A DNA stretch of 64,000 bases from an uncultured Haloferula sp. (lineage in GTDB: Bacteria > Verrucomicrobiota > Verrucomicrobiia > Verrucomicrobiales > Akkermansiaceae), in NCBI GenBank assembly GCA_965652295.1, contig CBFGTS010000001.1:588493-652492 (forward strand), given 5' to 3'. A program made the position numbers and the translations under genes. The stretch's first letter is position 1, and every line of letters begins with the position of its first letter. The notes under the pieces are model-generated. The model saw only the letters and a program-made list of their open reading frames with translations. It was not told where the DNA came from and did no database searches. Positions 38,140-48,508 of this stretch are shown here, piece after piece.

Positions 38140-39858
38140 TTATCGGAGTCGGTCGATGGCGGCACCCATGCCGGGTCGGTCACGGACCGCTCCATGGGTG
38201 TAAACGAACTCCCGATCGCTGTAGAGGGTGGCGCAGGAGTCGGGATGGTCGGCGCGGAGCTGGCGCCACTCGGTCCAGAGCTCGTCGTAGCGGGCGATGG
38301 CCGTTGCGATCCGAGGATCGGGTTTTTGAGCGGCGGGCTTCTCCAGACTGAAGAGAATCGCACGGCACATCTGTTCGATGATTTCCGCCTTGATGCGGCC
38401 GTAGGTGGAGGAAACGCGGACGTATTCAGAGTTGCGTGCGTCGGGCAGTTTAAGTTGGCCGGCCAGGTTTTCGATCTCACGCCACTGGGTGGAGGCCTCG
38501 GCTTTTTCTGCGAGAAAGGCGGTGGTCTGATCGTCGGCGGCAACCTTCTTGAGGTCACGGGTGATATCGGCGAAATAGTGGTCGCGGTTCCACCATACGT
38601 TGAGTTTGTGGACGAGGCTGTTTTGCGAGCGCAGGACGGCGGAGGCCGAGAGCAGGGCGAGCCGCCGGAAGCGATCAAGGTCGGCGGGATCGCGGATGCC
38701 GGCGATTTCGCGGGCGAACTCGTTGAACACGTCCACCTCGGTGCGCGCGGGGTTTTGCGCCCACTTGGCCGCGACGTAGGTGTTCAGCTCGATCCAGAAT
38801 TCGTTGGGGATGTAGGGACCCTTCCATCCGCCGCCTCGCGACCATGTCCAGACGCCGGCGAAGCGCGGATCGCCGACGAGATCGCGCAGACCCTTGGGGC
38901 CGGTGTGCCCGGCGTATTCCTCCCAGCCGTCGATGACGCCTTGGCCGTTGTAGTAGGGAAAGGCGCCTTTCCCATAGGCTTCGAGCTGGGCTTGGACCTC
39001 GACGATCTGGCGGTGCTTGCCGATGCCCAGGCAGGGGTTGAAGCGCGACAGACGGTGGAAGTCGCCCAGTTGATGCTTGATCGAGAAGATCAGGTTCGGG
39101 TGCGGCTCGACGTGGTTCGTGACGCCGAGATAATACCCGGGCTTGTCGTGCATGTGGCCGAAGTCCCAGGTGCGATAAAAGACCCGCTTGTCACGCTTCA
39201 CGCAAATTTCCTCGCGGAGAAGGTTGATCAACTCGATATGGCTGGCCTCGCCGTTGAGGATCGGGTTGCCACCGGTGTGGTAAGGGACGTCATGCAGATA
39301 AGTTTCTCCGTGCCGCACCGTGAGTCCGCCCAGGTCGGGGAAACGCTCGAAGATCCCGGCGATCATCGCGCGAAGGACCTCCTTGGTCCGCGGGCGGGAG
39401 ACATCGACGCGGCCCTTCTCGTCGCAGAGTTCAGCCCGATATTTTTCGACCAGGCGTTTCGGCAGCACGATGAAATCGGTGAACGGATAGCAGGTTTGAC
39501 CTTCCGCCTTCATCGAGCTGATCAAAGCATCGATTTCCCGAGCGTAGTCCTCGACCCACGCACGCTCCTTGCTGCCGACCGGAAAGATGTCCTTGTCAAA
39601 GGAGTCGTAGGTGATGGCGCTATGCACGAACTCGCGCGGGACATTGCCGTTGAAGCCCCAGGCGCTGAGTCGTGCGGGATCGAGGAACCGGGTCTGGAAC
39701 TTCGCTTCGCCCGGGTTGTGATGAACCATGTCGAAGACAAAGGGCAACGACGGCGTGCCACCGAGGAGGGCGGAGGCTGGCGCGAACGTCAACGCGATGA
39801 GAGCGCCGAGCACGCGGATATTGGTAGATGCTCGGTATTTCATCCTAGCAAGAGACAT
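38140..39858 (-). CDS. Secreted hypothetical protein, possible carbohydrate-active barrel enzyme
   Basis: Signal peptide; motifs DMVHHNPGE, VRHGETY, YRTWDF, IVEVQ, WTWSRGGGW; operonic among CAZyme genes. Confidence 0.7.
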   Translation of the reverse strand: MSLARMKYRASTNIRVLGALIALTFAPASALLGGTPSLPFVFDMVHHNPGEAKFQTRFLDPARLSAWGFNGNVPREFVHSAITYDSFDKDIFPVGSKERAWVEDYAREIDALISSMKAEGQTCYPFTDFIVLPKRLVEKYRAELCDEKGRVDVSRPRTKEVLRAMIAGIFERFPDLGGLTVRHGETYLHDVPYHTGGNPILNGEASHIELINLLREEICVKRDKRVFYRTWDFGHMHDKPGYYLGVTNHVEPHPNLIFSIKHQLGDFHRLSRFNPCLGIGKHRQIVEVQAQLEAYGKGAFPYYNGQGVIDGWEEYAGHTGPKGLRDLVGDPRFAGVWTWSRGGGWKGPYIPNEFWIELNTYVAAKWAQNPARTEVDVFNEFAREIAGIRDPADLDRFRRLALLSASAVLRSQNSLVHKLNVWWNRDHYFADITRDLKKVAADDQTTAFLAEKAEASTQWREIENLAGQLKLPDARNSEYVRVSSTYGRIKAEIIEQMCRAILFSLEKPAAQKPDPRIATAIARYDELWTEWRQLRADHPDSCATLYSDREFVYTHGAVRDRPGMGAAIDRLR

Positions 39859-39864
39859 GAGCTT

Positions 39865-39975
39865 CAGATGGACGCAGATGTGTGCTGATTTTAAGAGTGT
39901 TATGGAGATCTTGAGAGCAGCCCTGCGGGTGAACCCTCAAGTCGACCCCGCTCTTTAAATATCTGCGTGCATCTG
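39865..39975. repeat. REP-like inverted repeat with 10-nt periodic arms
   Basis: CAGATGGACGCAGAT (39865-79) is complementary to ATCTGCGTGCATCTG (39961-75) at 14/15 positions. Intergenic. Confidence 0.65.
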
Positions 39976-40045
39976 CGGTTCTGTTTTCCTGTTTGGGTTC
40001 TGGGGTATCAGTTCCATCCGGGGGAGTCGCTCACAGCGTCAAAGC

Positions 40046-42436
40046 TCAATGGAGGCGCAGGAGGTTTGGACCGAAGTGATAGGTCTCGCCCCGACGGGTC
40101 GGAAGGTCGATGACGCGGTCATCGAGACGGGCTTTGAGGGGCGCTCCGGCGAATGAGCGGAAGGCGGCTTTGGTGAGCTTTCCGTCCTGCCATGTCAGGT
40201 CGACCTCGAAGCCACCGCGGACTCTCAGTCCCTTCACCGACCCTTCGGGCCAGGCGGAGGGCAGGGCGGGCAGAAGCACGATCTCGCCGGTATGGCTCTG
40301 CACGAGCATCTCGCAGATGCCGGCCGTCGCGGCGAAGTTTCCGTCGATCTGGAAGGGAGGATGCGCGTCGAGAAGATTCGGATAGGTGCCTCCACCTTTC
40401 CACGTGGTATCGTTCTCGTCGGAGTTCTCCCGGACGAGCTTGAGCTGATTCATCAAAAGCTGGAAGGCATGATCTCCTTCAAGAAATCGCGACCACAGGC
40501 TGATTTTCCAACCGAGGGACCAGCCGGTGCCGCCATCGCCCCGGAAGATCAGCGACTGCCGAGCGGCTTTCATGAAGTCCGGGGTCTCCCACGTGATGTC
40601 TTCGCCCGGGAAGACTCCCCAAAGGTGCGAAACGTGCCGGTGCTGGTAGTCGGGGTCGTCCTTGTCCTCGAGCCATTCCTGCAATTGGCCATGCTTGCCG
40701 ATCTTGTTGGGCGCGATGCGAGCGCGCAGCTTGTCGAGTTGAGCGGCGAATGTCTCGTCCTTGTCCAGGAGACGCGCGGCTTCGGCCGTCCAGGAAAAGA
40801 GGCTGCGGATGATCTGGTGGTCCATGGTCGGTCCCATCACCAGGCCGCCATTCTCGGGAGAATTCGAGGGTCCGCTGATCAAGGCACCGCTCTCCGGGTC
40901 TTCGATCAGGAAATCGACGAAGAACAACGAGGCGTCCTTCAAAACAGGATAAGCGCGTTCTGCGAGAAACTTCCGGTCTCCGGAATACCTCCAATGTTCC
41001 CACAGGTGCTGGCACAGCCAGGCTCCGCCGGTCGGCCAGATCCCGTGGTTGGCATTGTTGATGGGAGCCGTGCCGCGCCAGAGGTCGGTGTTGTGGTGGA
41101 GCACCCAGCCGCGTGTGCCGTAGTGCGCCTCGGCGGTCTTGCGGCCACTGAGAACGACGTCGTCGATCAGGGAAAAGAGCGGCTCGGCGCACTCGGGAAG
41201 GTTCGTGACCTCCGCCGGCCAATAGTTCATCGGCAGATTGATGTTGGTCGTGTATTTCGAGCCCCACGGCGGGCTGAGTTTATCGTTCCAGATGCCCTGG
41301 AGATTGGCCGCCTGGGTGCCGGGACGGCTGCTTGAGATGAGCAGGTAGCGTCCGTATTGGAAAAGGAGTTCCGCCAGGTCGGGATCCCCGCTCTTGTCGG
41401 CTGCGGCGATCCGCTCGTCCGTTGGGAGCGCCGCCGTCTTTTCCGGGGTTGCGCCCAGATCGATCGCGACGCGTCGGAAAAGCCGCTGATGGTCGGCGAC
41501 ATGGGCTTTGCGCAGAGCGGCGAAATCCTTGCCGATCGCCGCCTTCATCGCGTCGAGGGATCGTTTCTCTGGATCGCCCCCGATTTCCTGGAAGTTCTCG
41601 AAAGCCGACGCCGCCGTCACCAGCAAGGTCGCGGCATCCGCGCCTTCGACACGGATGTTTCCTTCGTCATCGACGGAGGAACGTCCGCCCTGCGTGACCA
41701 CCCGCAACCGCGCTGCGAATGGCAGCCCATCTTTTCTTCCCTGCACCCGACCTGACAACAGCACTTCGCTGTCACCTTGGCCGGTCACCGAAAAATCCTC
41801 GTGCGGGCTGGTGAGGCTCGCGCGGAAACTCACGCTGCCGGGGCGATCCGCCGAGAGATGCTCGACCAGGACCTGGTCCGGATGGCTGGAGAAAGTTTCA
41901 CGGGTATAGGTCGCATCGCCCACCCGGTAGCGCACGGTCGCCACCGCGGTATCGAGGTCGAGGTCGCGACGATAGTCGCTCGCCTTCTCATGGCCGTCCA
42001 AGCGAAGCCGAAGGTCGCCGAGCGGCTGATAGCTATGCTGCCTCAACGGCACGCTCATGAACTTCTCGTTGGCGAGCGCTTCGGCTTCTTTCTGTTTCCC
42101 CTCGAAAAGCAGCCGTCGGATTTCGGGCAGGACTTCCACCGCGCCTTCGTGCTGGTACTCGTGCGGAGTTCCGGTCCAGACCGTGTCTTCATTGAACTGC
42201 AAGCGCTCTTCCGCGGTGCCTCCGAAGACCATCGCGCCGAGGCGGCCGTTTCCGACCGGGAGCGCTTCGGTCCAGACCTTGGCCGGTTGCGGATACCATA
42301 ACTGCAGCGCGTGGGTCGTCCCGGCATTCGAGCCAGCCTCCATGGAGGGAGCATTCTCTGCCGCTGTCGCTTTGGCCGGCACGGCGGCGCAGCCGGCAAG
42401 CAGAAGGGTGGTGAGATATCGTCGGGTGGGTTTCAT
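40046..42436 (-). CDS. GH95 alpha-L-fucosidase family protein
   Basis: [62 protein letters not shown]. Start MKPTRR. Confidence 0.95.
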   Translation of the reverse strand: MKPTRRYLTTLLLAGCAAVPAKATAAENAPSMEAGSNAGTTHALQLWYPQPAKVWTEALPVGNGRLGAMVFGGTAEERLQFNEDTVWTGTPHEYQHEGAVEVLPEIRRLLFEGKQKEAEALANEKFMSVPLRQHSYQPLGDLRLRLDGHEKASDYRRDLDLDTAVATVRYRVGDATYTRETFSSHPDQVLVEHLSADRPGSVSFRASLTSPHEDFSVTGQGDSEVLLSGRVQGRKDGLPFAARLRVVTQGGRSSVDDEGNIRVEGADAATLLVTAASAFENFQEIGGDPEKRSLDAMKAAIGKDFAALRKAHVADHQRLFRRVAIDLGATPEKTAALPTDERIAAADKSGDPDLAELLFQYGRYLLISSSRPGTQAANLQGIWNDKLSPPWGSKYTTNINLPMNYWPAEVTNLPECAEPLFSLIDDVVLSGRKTAEAHYGTRGWVLHHNTDLWRGTAPINNANHGIWPTGGAWLCQHLWEHWRYSGDRKFLAERAYPVLKDASLFFVDFLIEDPESGALISGPSNSPENGGLVMGPTMDHQIIRSLFSWTAEAARLLDKDETFAAQLDKLRARIAPNKIGKHGQLQEWLEDKDDPDYQHRHVSHLWGVFPGEDITWETPDFMKAARQSLIFRGDGGTGWSLGWKISLWSRFLEGDHAFQLLMNQLKLVRENSDENDTTWKGGGTYPNLLDAHPPFQIDGNFAATAGICEMLVQSHTGEIVLLPALPSAWPEGSVKGLRVRGGFEVDLTWQDGKLTKAAFRSFAGAPLKARLDDRVIDLPTRRGETYHFGPNLLRLH

Positions 42437-42447
42437 GGCGCGGAGGG

Positions 42448-44670
42448 TTATTGGATACGGGTAAGATCCGGACCGAATCGGTAGGATTCGCCCCGGCGGG
42501 TCGGCAGTGGGACCACGCGCTCGCCCAAGCGGACTTTGAGCGGCTCGCCGTTCATGGAGCGGATTTCGGCCGAAGTGAGCTTCCCTTTTTCCCAAACGAC
42601 ATCGACCTCGAAGCCGCCGCGGGCGCGCAGACCTTTGACGTGGCCGGCGGGCCAGACTTCGGGCAGGGCGGGGAGCAGCTCGATTTCGCCGGCGTGGCTC
42701 TGCACGAGCATTTCGGAAATGCCGGCGGTGATGCCGAAGTTGCCGTCGATCTGGAACGGCGGGTGGGTGGTCCAGAGGTTGTCGAGGGTGTTGTAGGCGA
42801 GCAGCCCGGCGACGCAGCCGTGGGCGCGTTCGGGCTTGCCGAGGCGGGCCCAGAGGGCGGTGCGCCAGGCCCAGGTCCACGAGCGGCGGCTGTCGCCGAC
42901 CTCACCGCGCCGGGTGAGGGAAACGCGCGCCGCTTCGGCGAGTTCGGGCGTGTCCGTCTGGCTGATCTGGACGCCGGGGTAAACGGCGTAGAGGTGGCTG
43001 GTGTGGCGGTGGTTGCTTTTCTCGAACTCGGGCTTTTCCTCCATCCACTCCATGAGCTGGCCCCACGAGCCGATCTTCGGGCCGTAGAGCTTGGTGATGG
43101 CTTCCTCGAGGCGCTTCTGCAAGTCGCTGTCGGTTTTGAGTTCGCGCGCCGCGACGAGGGTGTTGGTGAAAAGATCCCACATGAGTTGCTGGGCGTGGGC
43201 GGTGCCGTCTTCGTGCGGGCCATGCTCGTGCGACCAAGCGTTTGGGACGACGAGTTGGCCGTCGGGAAGTTCCTTGAGGCGGCCGAGCCAGAATTTCGAA
43301 ACGTCCCGCAGCCACGGCCAGGCGGTGTTTTCGAGGAACTCGCGGTCGCCGGAGAAGGCGTAGTGTTCCGAGAAATGCTGGGCGAGCCAGGCGGTGCCCT
43401 CGATGTTCCAGTTCCAGCCGGTGCCGCCGAAGGGGTTGATCGACATGCGGGTGACGAACCCCTCGGTATCCTCGCCGTATTCCTTGATGGTGTATTTCCG
43501 ATAGATCGGCGCGCTGACGCTGAGGAACTCGAACAGAGGCTTGGAGAGTTCGGGTAGGTTCGCGACTTCCGCCAGCCAGTAGTTCATCTGGAGGTTGATG
43601 TTGGTGTGGTAGTCGCTGTACCAGGCGGGCTTGTTGCTGTCGTTCCACACCCCCTGGAGATTGGCCGGCAGCGTGCCGGGGCGGGAGGAACCGATGAGGA
43701 GGTAGCGGCCATACTGGAAGAGCAGTGCTTCCAGTTCGGGGTCGAGGCAGGGGCGGGGAAGTTCCTTGGCTTGATTGCGGTAGCGCTGGATGCGCTGGTT
43801 GATGGGCAGCGAAACGACCTCGGGATCGCTCTTGCCGAGATCGATGGAAACGCGGTCGAACAGGCTGCGGTGGTCCTTTTCGTGGCGGGCGAGCAGTTCC
43901 TTCCAGCCGTGTTTGGTGGCTTCGTCGAGCCGACGTTTCATCTCGTCGGCCGGATCGCCTTTCATCCATCCGGCGTCGGGGTCCTTCACGTAGTTGGTGT
44001 CGGCGGCGAGCAGGACGAGCGCTTGTTCGCAGTCGGTCAAGCGGATGGCTTCGCCGTCCTTCACCCATTTGCCGCCGTGGACGAAGACGCGGAGGCGGAC
44101 TTCGTATTTCAGGCCGTTGGGAAGCTCGCCGACGAGACGCAGGTCGCTGCCGTCCCACTTGATCTTGTCACGCGTGCCGTGCTGGCCCTTGAGCTCAAAC
44201 AGCCCGTCGATCGTCCCGTCCTCGGCGGAGAGGTGCCAGGCGAGGACCTCGTCGGGAAAGGAAACGAAGGCCTCACGGGTGTGGGCGGAACGGCCGGCTT
44301 TCCAGCTCGCGGTGTGGACGGCCTGCTGGATGTCGAGTTCCCGATGGAAATCGGAAACCTCGTCGGAGTCCGCGGCCGTGAACGTCAGGTCGCCCATGGT
44401 CTGAAAAGCTCCGAAGCTTCCCTGACCGCGCCTCTTCTCTTTCGCGTCGTAGCCGCCGGTCGGGTTCTCGTCGCCGGTCCACAGCGAATCGACGGTGAAC
44501 TGGATCCGGTCGCGGGCGGGATCGGCCATGGCCACGGCTCCGATCGTGCCATTGCCCAAGGGCAGGCCGTGCTTTTCCCAGTCTTTTGCCGGTTCGTCGA
44601 AACGAAGGGTGAGAGGTGTGGCGGTGGATGCCGCCGTCAGGCAGGCGAGGTAGCAAAGAGTCTTCTTCAT
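42448..44670 (-). CDS. GH95 family glycoside hydrolase
   Basis: [49 protein letters not shown]. Confidence 0.94.
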   Translation of the reverse strand: MKKTLCYLACLTAASTATPLTLRFDEPAKDWEKHGLPLGNGTIGAVAMADPARDRIQFTVDSLWTGDENPTGGYDAKEKRRGQGSFGAFQTMGDLTFTAADSDEVSDFHRELDIQQAVHTASWKAGRSAHTREAFVSFPDEVLAWHLSAEDGTIDGLFELKGQHGTRDKIKWDGSDLRLVGELPNGLKYEVRLRVFVHGGKWVKDGEAIRLTDCEQALVLLAADTNYVKDPDAGWMKGDPADEMKRRLDEATKHGWKELLARHEKDHRSLFDRVSIDLGKSDPEVVSLPINQRIQRYRNQAKELPRPCLDPELEALLFQYGRYLLIGSSRPGTLPANLQGVWNDSNKPAWYSDYHTNINLQMNYWLAEVANLPELSKPLFEFLSVSAPIYRKYTIKEYGEDTEGFVTRMSINPFGGTGWNWNIEGTAWLAQHFSEHYAFSGDREFLENTAWPWLRDVSKFWLGRLKELPDGQLVVPNAWSHEHGPHEDGTAHAQQLMWDLFTNTLVAARELKTDSDLQKRLEEAITKLYGPKIGSWGQLMEWMEEKPEFEKSNHRHTSHLYAVYPGVQISQTDTPELAEAARVSLTRRGEVGDSRRSWTWAWRTALWARLGKPERAHGCVAGLLAYNTLDNLWTTHPPFQIDGNFGITAGISEMLVQSHAGEIELLPALPEVWPAGHVKGLRARGGFEVDVVWEKGKLTSAEIRSMNGEPLKVRLGERVVPLPTRRGESYRFGPDLTRIQ

Positions 44671-44673
44671 GAA

Positions 44674-47277
44674 TCAGTCGGCAAGGGTTCCGGTGACGCG
44701 GATTTCGCTGAGTGCGGCGGCGTCGGGCTTGGAAAAGGAGATGCGGACGTAGCGTCCGGGCGTGCCGGCAGGCACCTGGATGTCGGCGGTGGCACGAGGG
44801 GCCTCGTTCTTGCCGGCGTCGGCGACGGCATGCCATGTCTCGCGGTCGGCGGAAACTTCCACGCGGTATTGCCAGACGCGCTCCTCGGGGAACGAGAGAC
44901 GGATGTGCGAAATCACGAGGCCCTTTTCGGTGTCGAGCGTGAGCGACGGAGCGGCATCGGAGGCTGCGGGTCTCCAGGCGGTCTCCGGCTTGTCATCGGC
45001 GGCGAAGCCGGGAGAGGAACCGTCCACGGAGCTGCTGGCGAAGGTCGGGTTGTTCGGGCCGTAGGTGGCGGGAAGCTTGGGTTGGTTGCCTTTGTCGAAG
45101 CGGGCGTAGGGCCGCGGCTGAACGGTGGGTGTTTCGCCTGCGACGTAGGGCTGGCCGCCGGTGAAATGCAGGGCCAGTTCGGCATCCTTCAAGTCGGGCG
45201 AGCTTGCTTTCACCACGGTCTCGCCTGCGTGCCAGCCACGGATGGAGATGGCTGCCTTGCCTTCCTGAATGCGGATGTCGCTGTCGTTCGCGAAACGGAT
45301 CGAGCGGCCGGTGGGAAACTCGCCGGGGCCGGAAACGATCGTCAGCTCGACCGGCGGCGAGTGGCTCAGCGGCGCGCCTTTGGAATCGACCACGGTGACG
45401 AGCAGGTGGGCGTCGTCGGTGCCGTCGGTGCGGATGCCCCGAGTTTTGTCGGCTTCGAGCGTGAGCCCGGCCGGCTTGCCGTCCTTCGGCCATTCGGGCG
45501 GCTTGGTGTCGGTGTATTCGCTGCGGTACCAATACCAGGCGCGTTTCGGGATGCGGAAGTAGTCCACGATCCCCATCTTCCCGAGCTGCGCGCCGGCGAT
45601 GCTGCCGTGGTCGAAGCCGCACCAGATCGCCTGCCCGGCGCGCCAGTCCGGTTCTTTCTCCGATCGGACGAGGTCACCCCAGTTCGCCTGATATTTGCCC
45701 GGGCGGTCGGATGCCACGCTGCCGTATTCGGTGACCATGTTCGGTTTGCCCGGATCCTGGAAGGCGGGGATGGTGGCGCCGTCGCCGTTGTAGCCGGCGA
45801 TGTCGCCGAGGAGGTCGATGCGGTTTTCGTCGATCGGCCGCTGGGCACCGCCGATCATGGCGGGCCGGGTGGGGTCGAGTTCGTGGGAAAGCGCGACCAG
45901 TTCCTTGAGTAGCCCGGCGACCTTGGGCATCACGCTTGGCTCGCTGAAAAAGGCCTCGTTGGACATGCTCCAGGCCACGATGGAGGGACGGTTGCGGTGG
46001 ATGCGGATCATCGACCGCAGCGAGTGCTTGAGGCTGTCGGCGAAGGGTTCTTCATCCTTCTCGTGGATCGGGTAAGCGCTGGCGTTCCAACCTCCCTCGC
46101 TCGCGGCTTTGTTGGAGCCGCCGATGCCCCAGAAGCAGTTCTCCGAGAGGAACAGCAGCCCGAGTTCATCGCTGGCGCGGGTTTTCGCCGGGGCCTGCGG
46201 ATAGTGGGAGCCGCGGAGGAGGTTGAAGCCGGCTTCCTTCATCAGCCGGACGTCGCGGTAGTGGCCCGAGTCGGGCACCGCGTCGCCCCAGCCGGCGTGG
46301 TCCTGATGGATGTTCGCACCGCGCAGGTAGACGTGGCGACCGTTGAGGAAGAATCCTTTGTCCGCGGTCCATTCGAACCAGCGGATGCCGAAGGTCGTCT
46401 CGTAGCGGTCGATTGGTTCGTCACCACCTGGGTAAAGCTGGCTGACGGCGCGGTAGAGGTTCGGCTGGCCGATGTCCCACAGTTGTGGGTTTTTTACGGC
46501 GGGAAGGTCCTGATCGAAGGTGACGGTGGCACCGGGCGCGATGCGTTGCTTGCTGGAGGTTTTGGAAACGATTTTTCCGTCGGGACCGAAAACGGCGGTG
46601 CGCAGCTCGGCTTCGACGGGCTCGCTGCGGTGGTTGCGGACTTCGGTCTGCACCTTGATCGAGGCGGAGGTTTTCGAAACCTTCGGTGTGGTCACGAAGG
46701 TGCCGAACCAAGTGACGTGGAGCGGATCGGTGACGACGAGGTGGACGTTCCGGTAAAGCCCGCCGCTGAAGACGTGCTCGCCGGCGCGTGGGGCGAGGCC
46801 GGGCTTCCAGAGGTTGTTGAGGCGCACGGCGACGAGGTTCATGCCGGTCTTCACGTGGTCGGTGATGTCCACGGGGAAGCCGACATAGCCGCCCTGATGG
46901 CCGGCGATTTTGGTGCCGTTGATGAAAATCTCCGCGTCCTGGAAGGCGGCCTCGAACTCCAGCGAGATTTGCTTGCCCTCCCACGCTTCGGGCACTTCGA
47001 ACGACTTACGGTACCAGCCGTAGCCGGTGTAGAAATCGTTGTGCATGAAGTAGGGCATGCTGAAGGAGTGCGGCAGTCCGATGGGCTGCCACGCGCCGTC
47101 GTCGAATGCCGCGTCATCGGCCCCGGCCGGATCGCCGAGCTGGAATTTCCAGTCGCGGTTGAAGTTTTCGGTGATGCGGAGTGGCGGCTCGTCGGCGTCC
47201 AAACGGATGATGCCGAGAAGGCAGACAACCAGCGGCACGAGCCGTGTGAGGCCTGCCATGAAACGTTGGGTGATCAT
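44674..47277 (-). CDS. GH2 glycoside hydrolase (beta-galactosidase-like) with C-terminal discoidin/CBM32-like domain
   Basis: FGIRWFEW...GFFLNG, GANIHQDHAGWG, RGSHYP, WSMSNE (acid/base), VTEYG (nucleophile). Confidence 0.92.
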   Translation of the reverse strand: MITQRFMAGLTRLVPLVVCLLGIIRLDADEPPLRITENFNRDWKFQLGDPAGADDAAFDDGAWQPIGLPHSFSMPYFMHNDFYTGYGWYRKSFEVPEAWEGKQISLEFEAAFQDAEIFINGTKIAGHQGGYVGFPVDITDHVKTGMNLVAVRLNNLWKPGLAPRAGEHVFSGGLYRNVHLVVTDPLHVTWFGTFVTTPKVSKTSASIKVQTEVRNHRSEPVEAELRTAVFGPDGKIVSKTSSKQRIAPGATVTFDQDLPAVKNPQLWDIGQPNLYRAVSQLYPGGDEPIDRYETTFGIRWFEWTADKGFFLNGRHVYLRGANIHQDHAGWGDAVPDSGHYRDVRLMKEAGFNLLRGSHYPQAPAKTRASDELGLLFLSENCFWGIGGSNKAASEGGWNASAYPIHEKDEEPFADSLKHSLRSMIRIHRNRPSIVAWSMSNEAFFSEPSVMPKVAGLLKELVALSHELDPTRPAMIGGAQRPIDENRIDLLGDIAGYNGDGATIPAFQDPGKPNMVTEYGSVASDRPGKYQANWGDLVRSEKEPDWRAGQAIWCGFDHGSIAGAQLGKMGIVDYFRIPKRAWYWYRSEYTDTKPPEWPKDGKPAGLTLEADKTRGIRTDGTDDAHLLVTVVDSKGAPLSHSPPVELTIVSGPGEFPTGRSIRFANDSDIRIQEGKAAISIRGWHAGETVVKASSPDLKDAELALHFTGGQPYVAGETPTVQPRPYARFDKGNQPKLPATYGPNNPTFASSSVDGSSPGFAADDKPETAWRPAASDAAPSLTLDTEKGLVISHIRLSFPEERVWQYRVEVSADRETWHAVADAGKNEAPRATADIQVPAGTPGRYVRISFSKPDAAALSEIRVTGTLAD

Positions 47278-47389
47278 GGACTGAAATACGGGGATGATGG
47301 GGGGATCTTGTGAGGGTTCGCGGAGAGCGTAGGTTTCCCTGTCAAACTGCGTCGGGCTTGCTTTCCCGGCCGGTCACTCAGGGTCGACC

Positions 47390-48490
47390 TCACTCATCGT
47401 CGTGGACTTTGGTGATGACCGGGATCTTCTTCTCGACCGGATCGGCGACCAACATCTCCGAGACCTCCTTCAGGATCGCGATCGCTTCCGGCTGGACCTC
47501 GCCGTTTTCGTCAGGGCCCACGTTCAGCAGCAGATTGCCACCCTTGTGGTTGATGTCCTCGAGCTTGTCGAAAACCGTTTGCGGGCTCTTCCAGTCGTGG
47601 TCGTGCTTCTTGTATCCCCACGACTCGTTCATGGTATAACAAGCCTCCCAGTGTCTGGGGAAACCGGAGTCGAAATGCTCCTGTTCCTGGGTGACGTAGT
47701 CCAAATGGAACTCGTCGCGCTTGGCCACGCGGTTGTTGACGATGATTTCGGGATCCGCCTCGCGGATCGTGTTGTAGAGCCGGATTCCATCATCCAGCTC
47801 CCACCAGTCGGCCCAGTCGCCGTCGAACCAAAGCAGGGCGGGGTCGTAGCGCTCGATCAGCTCGAGGATCTGGTGGGTCTGATAAGCCAGATATTCCTCC
47901 TTCTTTCCGTCGAGCATCTCGGTGTTTCCCCAGCGGTTCAACGTGCCTTTCTGGTCCAATCTCGGGTCCTGCGACGGGTGATGCCAATCGATGATGCTGT
48001 AGTAGATGCCGAATTTGATCCCGTGTTTCGCGCAGGCCTTTTTCAACTCGCGGAGAATGTCGCGGCCCGCGAAGGGAGTGCTGGCGACGTCGAAGTCGGT
48101 GTATTCGCTGTCCCACAAACAGAAGCCTTCGTGGTGTTTGCTGGTGATGACCAAATAGGTCATCCCGGCCTCTTTGGCGGTCCGGGCGAGGAAATCCGCA
48201 TCGAATTTCGTCGGGTTGAAATCCTCGGCGATCTTCGCGTATTCGTCGCGGGGAATGCTCTTGCTCGCCTGGATCCACTCGGAATACCAGCCCACCTGTT
48301 CGCCCTTCCACTCGCCGCCCAAGCGGGAGTAGAGCCCGAAGTGAATGAACATCCCGTACTGGCCCTCGGCGAACCACTTCATCCGCGAGTTGTAGCTTTC
48401 AAGGGATTCCTCCTTCGGCTCCAGGGCCTGTGCGGCGGAAGTCAGGAGGATAGCCAGAGCTGAATGGGAGAAGAGTTTCCGTAGGTTCAT
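47390..48490 (-). CDS. GH29 alpha-L-fucosidase
   Basis: GMFIHFG, TSKHHEGF.LWDS, YYS..DWHHP, LWFDG nucleophile, E.C.TMN.SWGY, GGNLLLNVGP. Confidence 0.95.
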   Translation of the reverse strand: MNLRKLFSHSALAILLTSAAQALEPKEESLESYNSRMKWFAEGQYGMFIHFGLYSRLGGEWKGEQVGWYSEWIQASKSIPRDEYAKIAEDFNPTKFDADFLARTAKEAGMTYLVITSKHHEGFCLWDSEYTDFDVASTPFAGRDILRELKKACAKHGIKFGIYYSIIDWHHPSQDPRLDQKGTLNRWGNTEMLDGKKEEYLAYQTHQILELIERYDPALLWFDGDWADWWELDDGIRLYNTIREADPEIIVNNRVAKRDEFHLDYVTQEQEHFDSGFPRHWEACYTMNESWGYKKHDHDWKSPQTVFDKLEDINHKGGNLLLNVGPDENGEVQPEAIAILKEVSEMLVADPVEKKIPVITKVHDDE

Positions 48491-48508
48491 GAATGTTTCT
48501 TCGAGATG

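Noticed and set aside
42437..42880. N-terminal extension of the first GH95 ORF overlapping the second GH95
   Set aside because: It is an off-frame read-through of the neighbour's 3' end. A good ATG and signal peptide are at 42436.
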